From a virus: a DNA stretch of 39,655 nucleotides. The notes beneath the pieces are model-generated. The model did no database searches, was not told where the DNA came from, and saw only the letters and a list, made by a program, of their open reading frames with translations. A program made the translations under genes and the position numbers. Below, one piece after another: positions 35,725-39,655 of this stretch. Where the stretch lies: the UHGV virus genome UHGV-0213320, one strand, 5' to 3'. The first letter of the stretch is position 1, and the number at the start of each line of letters is the position of its first letter.

Positions 35725-36015
35725 ATGAACGGACCAAAGTTTAGGTTAGTCAGTGATGGAAAACGGTCTTATTTTGAAGTATGTGGAAAGTCTATGGGTA
35801 AAGGCGTTTCGTCTGTTTCATATATTCACGAAGCGGGCGAAAATCCAAAAGTTAGTATTTCTTTTGATTTGCATGAATTCGAATTTTTTGAAGATGGGAA
35901 GATTGATAGGGTAACAGTTGATAGTGTAATGGGTGATTTGTCAGACAGAGAGCCGTCCAGTAAGAACGGCCCTTCTGAGGAAAATGAGTTATCTCCGATT
36001 ATTACGGCTGAGTAA
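35725..36015 (+). CDS. Hypothetical early protein
   Basis: 96 aa, RBS GGAGGTGAAAGAGA. Confidence 0.4.
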   Translation: MNGPKFRLVSDGKRSYFEVCGKSMGKGVSSVSYIHEAGENPKVSISFDLHEFEFFEDGKIDRVTVDSVMGDLSDREPSSKNGPSEENELSPIITAE

Positions 36016-36165
36016 TTCAAGCTTTTTTTCAATTTCTAAAGTATGGATTGCGTTTATATTTATTGCGCATGTAGCATTTTTACCATCTTTTAGAAACAAA
36101 GCGCATTGGGTAGTACATTCAACTTTATTTGTTGCACTACTCATTAAAGGACACACATATGTCAT
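35989..36165 (-). CDS. Unannotated small Cys-containing ORF (58 aa) on minus strand
   Basis: ATG at 36165 (minus) with near-perfect RBS AAGGAGA 8 nt upstream. MTYVCPLMSSATNKVECTTQCALFLKDGKNATC... Overlaps the 3' end of gene 35725 by 27 nt. Confidence 0.35.
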   Translation of the reverse strand: MTYVCPLMSSATNKVECTTQCALFLKDGKNATCAININAIHTLEIEKKLELLSRNNRR

Positions 36166-36282
36166 TTAATATTTCTCCTTCTTATGTACTCGGCGCGGCA
36201 ACGCCTGTACTTAAATTATAAAGGAGAGGGGGAGGAATGACAAGATAATGATTTTTATTTCTTAGAGTAGGAGGTGATGGGT

Positions 36283-36441
36283 ATGAAAAAAAGAAAAAGA
36301 ATCAAAGCTTCAATTATAATCGCTCTGATTCTTAATGAAATAGTTTGTTTACTTCCGTTTGTACAATTTGATAATAGAGTAGATAAGCTCATTCTGTTTT
36401 TAATTTGGTTTTTATCGGTGAATGAAATAATTAAATGTTAG
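36283..36441 (+). CDS. Small hydrophobic protein (52 aa)
   Basis: ATG after GTAGGAGGTG. MKKRKRIKASIIIALILNEIVCLLPFVQF... Fills an ORF-less gap. Confidence 0.35.
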   Translation: MKKRKRIKASIIIALILNEIVCLLPFVQFDNRVDKLILFLIWFLSVNEIIKC

Positions 36442-36499
36442 TCCGATAAACATTTTTATTTCCTCGGAGTAAATATATTTTATAAGAAAGGATAGGAAA

Positions 36500-37198
36500 A
36501 TGAACAATTTGCAAATTATAAACATTAAGGGAGTAGAGTGCTATGAGGAAGATGGGACGGCATATTTGAAACTGGAAACTGTGGCTAGGGGATTGGGATT
36601 CACTGACAATAGTAAAGGTACTGAGTATGTCAGATGGAATACGGTGAGGCAGTATTTGAGCGATATTGGATTTTCGCAGGAAGTTGCGAAAAATGATTTT
36701 ATCCCGGAAAACGTTTTTTATCGACTTGCCATGAAGGCAAAGAACGAAGTTGCAGAGAAGTTCCAGGCAAAAGTAGCTGATGAGATAATTCCATCAATAC
36801 GCAAGACGGGAGCGTATCAGTTAAAACGCCTCACCCCAGAAGAAATCATGAGAATCCAGCTCGGAATGTTGGATGGCCATGACGCAAGGATTACAAAGCT
36901 AGAAAACAATATGACCTTGGATTATGGACAGCAGAAATTTTTGGGTAATCTTGTATCCCAAAGAGTTATTCATTGGCTTGGAGGGAAAGGTTCAAACGCA
37001 TATCGGCAGGTTTCGAAAAAGGTATTTTCAGAGTGCAATAGGGATATTAAGAATCATTTCAATGTAAATGCTAGGAACAATATCCCGAAGTTGAGATATG
37101 AGGAATCTGTAGAGTATGTAAAGGAATGGGAGCCTTGCGAAGATACAAAGATGATGATTTATGGGTATAACTCACAGATGAATTTGAACATAGCATAA
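36500..37198 (+). CDS. Antirepressor, Bro-N / ORF6N-domain family
   Basis: N-terminal ...VECYEEDGTAYLKLETVARGLGF... (Bro-N-like) and FQAKVADEIIPSIRKTGAY (ORF6N/KilAC-like PSIRKTG motif). Confidence 0.75.
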   Translation: MNNLQIINIKGVECYEEDGTAYLKLETVARGLGFTDNSKGTEYVRWNTVRQYLSDIGFSQEVAKNDFIPENVFYRLAMKAKNEVAEKFQAKVADEIIPSIRKTGAYQLKRLTPEEIMRIQLGMLDGHDARITKLENNMTLDYGQQKFLGNLVSQRVIHWLGGKGSNAYRQVSKKVFSECNRDIKNHFNVNARNNIPKLRYEESVEYVKEWEPCEDTKMMIYGYNSQMNLNIA

Positions 37199-37318
37199 AA
37201 ATGCCCCGGCGGTGCAGCAACACCAACCGGAGCCGTACCACATTACCCAAACTAATGCGGATACAGGAATATTTTACCATTTTCTCCTGTATTACGCAAG
37301 CACAGGAGGAAAATATTT

Positions 37319-37582
37319 ATGAACATTGAAAACCAGAAGGACAAGCCAACATGGGAAGGGATGGAGCAGTATTTTGCTGTAGAGGTAATAGAGCAGAGCA
37401 AGAGGAATGCAAAACATTGGTTTATAGCGTTCCTGGTAACGCTGGCGGCGCTGATAGGCACCAATGCTGCATGGCTTTATACTGCGGGTACATATGACTA
37501 TGTTTCCCAGGATGGCACCGGACTGAACAATATCAACACAGGAACGCAAGGAGATTTGAATGGGACAGAGAGCCAGGATTAA
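37319..37582 (+). CDS. Small membrane protein
   Basis: 87 aa with TM helix WFIAFLVTLAALIGTNAAWLY. RBS CAGGAGGAAAA. Confidence 0.4.
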   Translation: MNIENQKDKPTWEGMEQYFAVEVIEQSKRNAKHWFIAFLVTLAALIGTNAAWLYTAGTYDYVSQDGTGLNNINTGTQGDLNGTESQD

Positions 37583-37631
37583 AAAGAACGGCAAGAGCCG
37601 GGGAATCAAGAGGAAGAGAAGGAGATAAACG

Positions 37632-37730
37632 ATGTACATCAATCCATTTTTGGCAGGAGTTGTTTGCACTGTTATTGCAGAGATACTAATAATTATAGCA
37701 ATAGCGCTTTACCAGTATTTTAAAATTTGA
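37632..37730 (+). CDS. Hydrophobic micro-protein (32 aa)
   Basis: MYINPFLAGVVCTVIAEILIIIAIALYQYFKI, preceded by GAAGGAGATAAAC (canonical RBS). Confidence 0.35.
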   Translation: MYINPFLAGVVCTVIAEILIIIAIALYQYFKI

Positions 37731-37746
37731 TAGGAGGTAGTAAGAG

Positions 37747-37959
37747 TTGAAACTTAGTAGAGATAAAATTGATATTGCTCTGGCTAGAAATTCTTTGACT
37801 ATAACAAATCTTTCCAAACGGTATGGAGTGAGCCGAGCGCGTATGAATGTTATTTTAAATATGCGGGAAGTTACACCTGTGTGTGCTGGACGCATGGCAA
37901 ATGCTCTTGGTGTGGATGTAAAAGAGATAGTAGAAGATAATTTATCCTGGAATGTATAA
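37747..37959 (+). CDS. HTH (Cro/XRE-like) DNA-binding protein, TTG start
   Basis: SLTITNLSKRYGVSRARMNVILN helix-turn-helix. RBS TAGGAGG. Confidence 0.5.
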   Translation: MKLSRDKIDIALARNSLTITNLSKRYGVSRARMNVILNMREVTPVCAGRMANALGVDVKEIVEDNLSWNV

Positions 37960-37977
37960 ACGAAAGGAAGTGAGGTC

Positions 37978-38205
37978 GTGAAATCTAAGAAGCCGTCAGA
38001 ATGGCAAAAGGACAGCATCCGGTTGCTGATAGAAGAAGCCAAAATAAGAAATAACTTTGATGATAATGAGCTGGCCTTGTATTTGGGTTTTTGTACAAGC
38101 TCGTTTAGAGAGCGTAAAGCCAACCCTCAAAAACTGACAATAGAAAAATTACAGATACTTCTGCAATTGACCGGAAAGGAGATGAAATTTGTTGAAACAG
38201 CTTGA
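37978..38205 (+). CDS. Hypothetical early protein
   Basis: 75 aa, GTG start after GGAAGTGAGG. Confidence 0.4.
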   Translation: MKSKKPSEWQKDSIRLLIEEAKIRNNFDDNELALYLGFCTSSFRERKANPQKLTIEKLQILLQLTGKEMKFVETA

Positions 38206-38332
38206 ATACATACCTGTTGGTAAAACACACTTAAGCCCGCGGCAGAAAGACCGTATGATTATTCGCGGTTTAACCGCTGCGGTGATGGTCTTAAGCGGAT
38301 TGCTGGTGATATGCATGGCGGTGATATTATGA
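38192..38332 (+). CDS. Possible small C-terminally membrane-anchored protein (46 aa, TTG start)
   Basis: RBS AAGGAGA 9 nt before the TTG. ...RMIIRGLTAAVMVLSGLLVICMAVIL. Confidence 0.25.
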   Translation: MKQLEYIPVGKTHLSPRQKDRMIIRGLTAAVMVLSGLLVICMAVIL

Positions 38333-38517
38333 GCCGCCGCCGGAATGGCACCAACCGGGCCGGAGCAATGGTGAATGCAAGCCGGTACACCGGTTATGGT
38401 AAGCCAATAAAAAAGGTCGTCAGCTTGACAGAGCTAAACGACCGGATACAAAAAATAACTCAGTCTGATTATATCAGAGATTATGGAGGTTTGCAAGATG
38501 GAAGAAAGAACAGTTGA
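38329..38517 (+). CDS. Hypothetical basic protein
   Basis: ORF 38311/38329-38517 in the early operon. Weak RBS. Confidence 0.3.
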   Translation: MSRRRNGTNRAGAMVNASRYTGYGKPIKKVVSLTELNDRIQKITQSDYIRDYGGLQDGRKNS

Positions 38518-38677
38518 AATAAGTATTAGCGAGTATAAAAATCTTGTAGAGCTTAAAGGTCGCGTAAATTCAGCATTAATTTTTATGGATTCAGACCAGT
38601 ATGCATCAAAAGTTGTAATGAGGTCAATTTTAGAGGGAAGAACATATGACAATATAGAGAACGAAAAGGATGTATAG
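38498..38677 (+). CDS. Hypothetical protein
   Basis: ATG 38498 after GGAGG (8 nt). 59 aa. Confidence 0.35.
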   Translation: MEERTVEISISEYKNLVELKGRVNSALIFMDSDQYASKVVMRSILEGRTYDNIENEKDV

Positions 38678-38793
38678 TTACTGTTGTGATTCTTGCGGAT
38701 GTTTCCTTGACCCTGAACAATGGAAAGAATGTGACAAATGTAGGGAGAAGGACAGAGAACATCATAAACAGCATTATAAGGAGATTATAAAAC

Positions 38794-38958
38794 ATGAATC
38801 TGGAACACAAGACGATTGACGGTACCGCAATGGTATCTTATCTCCGCGAACGGCAGAGTAATTTAAAGATAGGAAGTCCTGCCAGGATGGAACTGGAAAA
38901 GGCTGTCATTTATATAGTTGGAACGCTCATGAAGGAGGGCAAAGATGGGAAATCTTGA
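38794..38958 (+). CDS. Small hypothetical protein (54 aa)
   Basis: AAGGAG upstream. Its stop overlaps the start of the annealing-protein gene (ATGGGAAATCTTGA). Fills a gap. Confidence 0.35.
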   Translation: MNLEHKTIDGTAMVSYLRERQSNLKIGSPARMELEKAVIYIVGTLMKEGKDGKS

Positions 38959-39643
38959 CTTATACGAAAAGGTCCGTTCTGTCCCAGATAGCGCCAAGAA
39001 AACCATTAAGGGAGGCCGTATAAGCGGTATGACCGATATTAACCCCATGTGGCGCATAAAAGTCCTTACTGAGCAGTTCGGGCCATGTGGGATAGGATGG
39101 TACTACATCCCAACGAATAAGTGGTTAGAAACAGCGGGTAATGAGATAGCAGCTTTTGTAGATATCGAATTATACATAAAGGTTGATGGAGAGTGGTCTA
39201 AACCAATCTCAGGAAACGGCGGGAGCAAGTTTACATCAAAGGAGAAGTCTGGAATATATGTATCTGACGAATGTTACAAGATGGCAACCACAGATGCTAT
39301 ATCGGTAGCATGCAAGCTGCTTGGGATTGGCGCTGATGTTTATTGGGATTCAGACCGGACTAAATACAGCAACGAACAAATTCCAGAATCAAAAAATGAA
39401 AAAATTTCAAAAGAAAAGAAGCTAACCGAGGAGCAGGTAAATGATTTGATAGCAGAGTGTGATAGGACTGGTAAACATTGGAGGGCCATCTGCTCTCTGT
39501 ATGCTGTAGAAAAATTTAGTGATATGGTTGAATCTCAGTATAGAGATTGTATTAAAAGGTTCAAGTCCACCCCAGACAAACCCTCTAACGAGAATCCTGC
39601 CCCTCCAGATAATATGCAGGATAGTGGACTTCCCTGGAATTAA
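38945..39643 (+). CDS. Rad52-like single-strand annealing protein (Sak/DUF1071-type)
   Basis: Pattern KGGRISGMTDINPMWRIKVLTEQFGPCGIGWYY resembles the Rad52/Sak signature (GG.R.S....... FG..G.GW). Early-region position. Confidence 0.55.
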   Translation: MGNLDLYEKVRSVPDSAKKTIKGGRISGMTDINPMWRIKVLTEQFGPCGIGWYYIPTNKWLETAGNEIAAFVDIELYIKVDGEWSKPISGNGGSKFTSKEKSGIYVSDECYKMATTDAISVACKLLGIGADVYWDSDRTKYSNEQIPESKNEKISKEKKLTEEQVNDLIAECDRTGKHWRAICSLYAVEKFSDMVESQYRDCIKRFKSTPDKPSNENPAPPDNMQDSGLPWN

Positions 39644-39655
39644 AGAGGTGTTTAT

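Larger units (their letters stand above)
1..39655. mobile_element. Complete circularly permuted temperate siphophage genome (prophage-type: integrase, repressor, packaging, head, tail, lysis)
   Basis: Continuous phage gene content from one end to the other with no host-like flanks. An RBS for the ORF at position 1 sits at the window end (39644-39650), so end and start join. Integrase and ImmA/XRE module present. Confidence 0.8.

Noticed and set aside
1-39655. CRISPR arrays
   Set aside because: No regularly spaced direct repeats with unique spacers were seen. The only tandem repeats are the 18-bp coding duplication at 1669-1704 and the 10-bp attP-type repeats.

Overview
The window appears to be a complete, circularly permuted genome of a temperate siphovirus of a low-GC Firmicutes (Clostridia-like) host, 39,655 bp long. 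Joining the window end to its start creates an AGAGGTG ribosome-binding site 5 nt upstream of the ATG at position 1, so no host flanks are present. Read circularly, the gene order is: a lysogeny module (integrase, ImmA-like metallopeptidase and XRE repressor, all on the minus strand; 32.6-35.3 kb), a divergent switch region, early genes (excisionase-like HTH, antirepressor, small peptides, Rad52-like annealing protein; 35.5-39.6 kb, continuing at 1 bp), DNA metabolism genes (DUF968/HNH-like, DnaD-like replication protein, orphan C5 cytosine methyltransferase, a second small tyrosine recombinase, a protein made of four tandem HTH-XRE domains), then late genes (terS, terL, portal, gp7/MuF-like head protein, scaffold, major capsid, connectors, major tail, chaperones, tape measure, baseplate and tail fibre), an XkdX-like gene and an M15/CW-binding endolysin. 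The most notable features are: (i) a Mu G-segment-like invertible tail-fibre cassette, with an inverted, promoterless alternative C-terminal domain and 12-bp in-frame inverted repeats; (ii) a ~5.8 kb accessory island inserted in the head module, carrying low-complexity spore-coat/exosporium-like proteins, a BclA-C/C1q-like protein, a papain-like peptidase, a minus-strand triple-zinc-ribbon HNH gene, a KTR zinc-ribbon moron and two tRNAs, one of which is a tRNA-Gln(UUG) with an anomalous 21-nt extra arm; (iii) a conserved 17-nt motif plus TAAAAT -10 element that marks candidate late promoters; and (iv) an attP-like region with repeated arm-type sites around the integrase.
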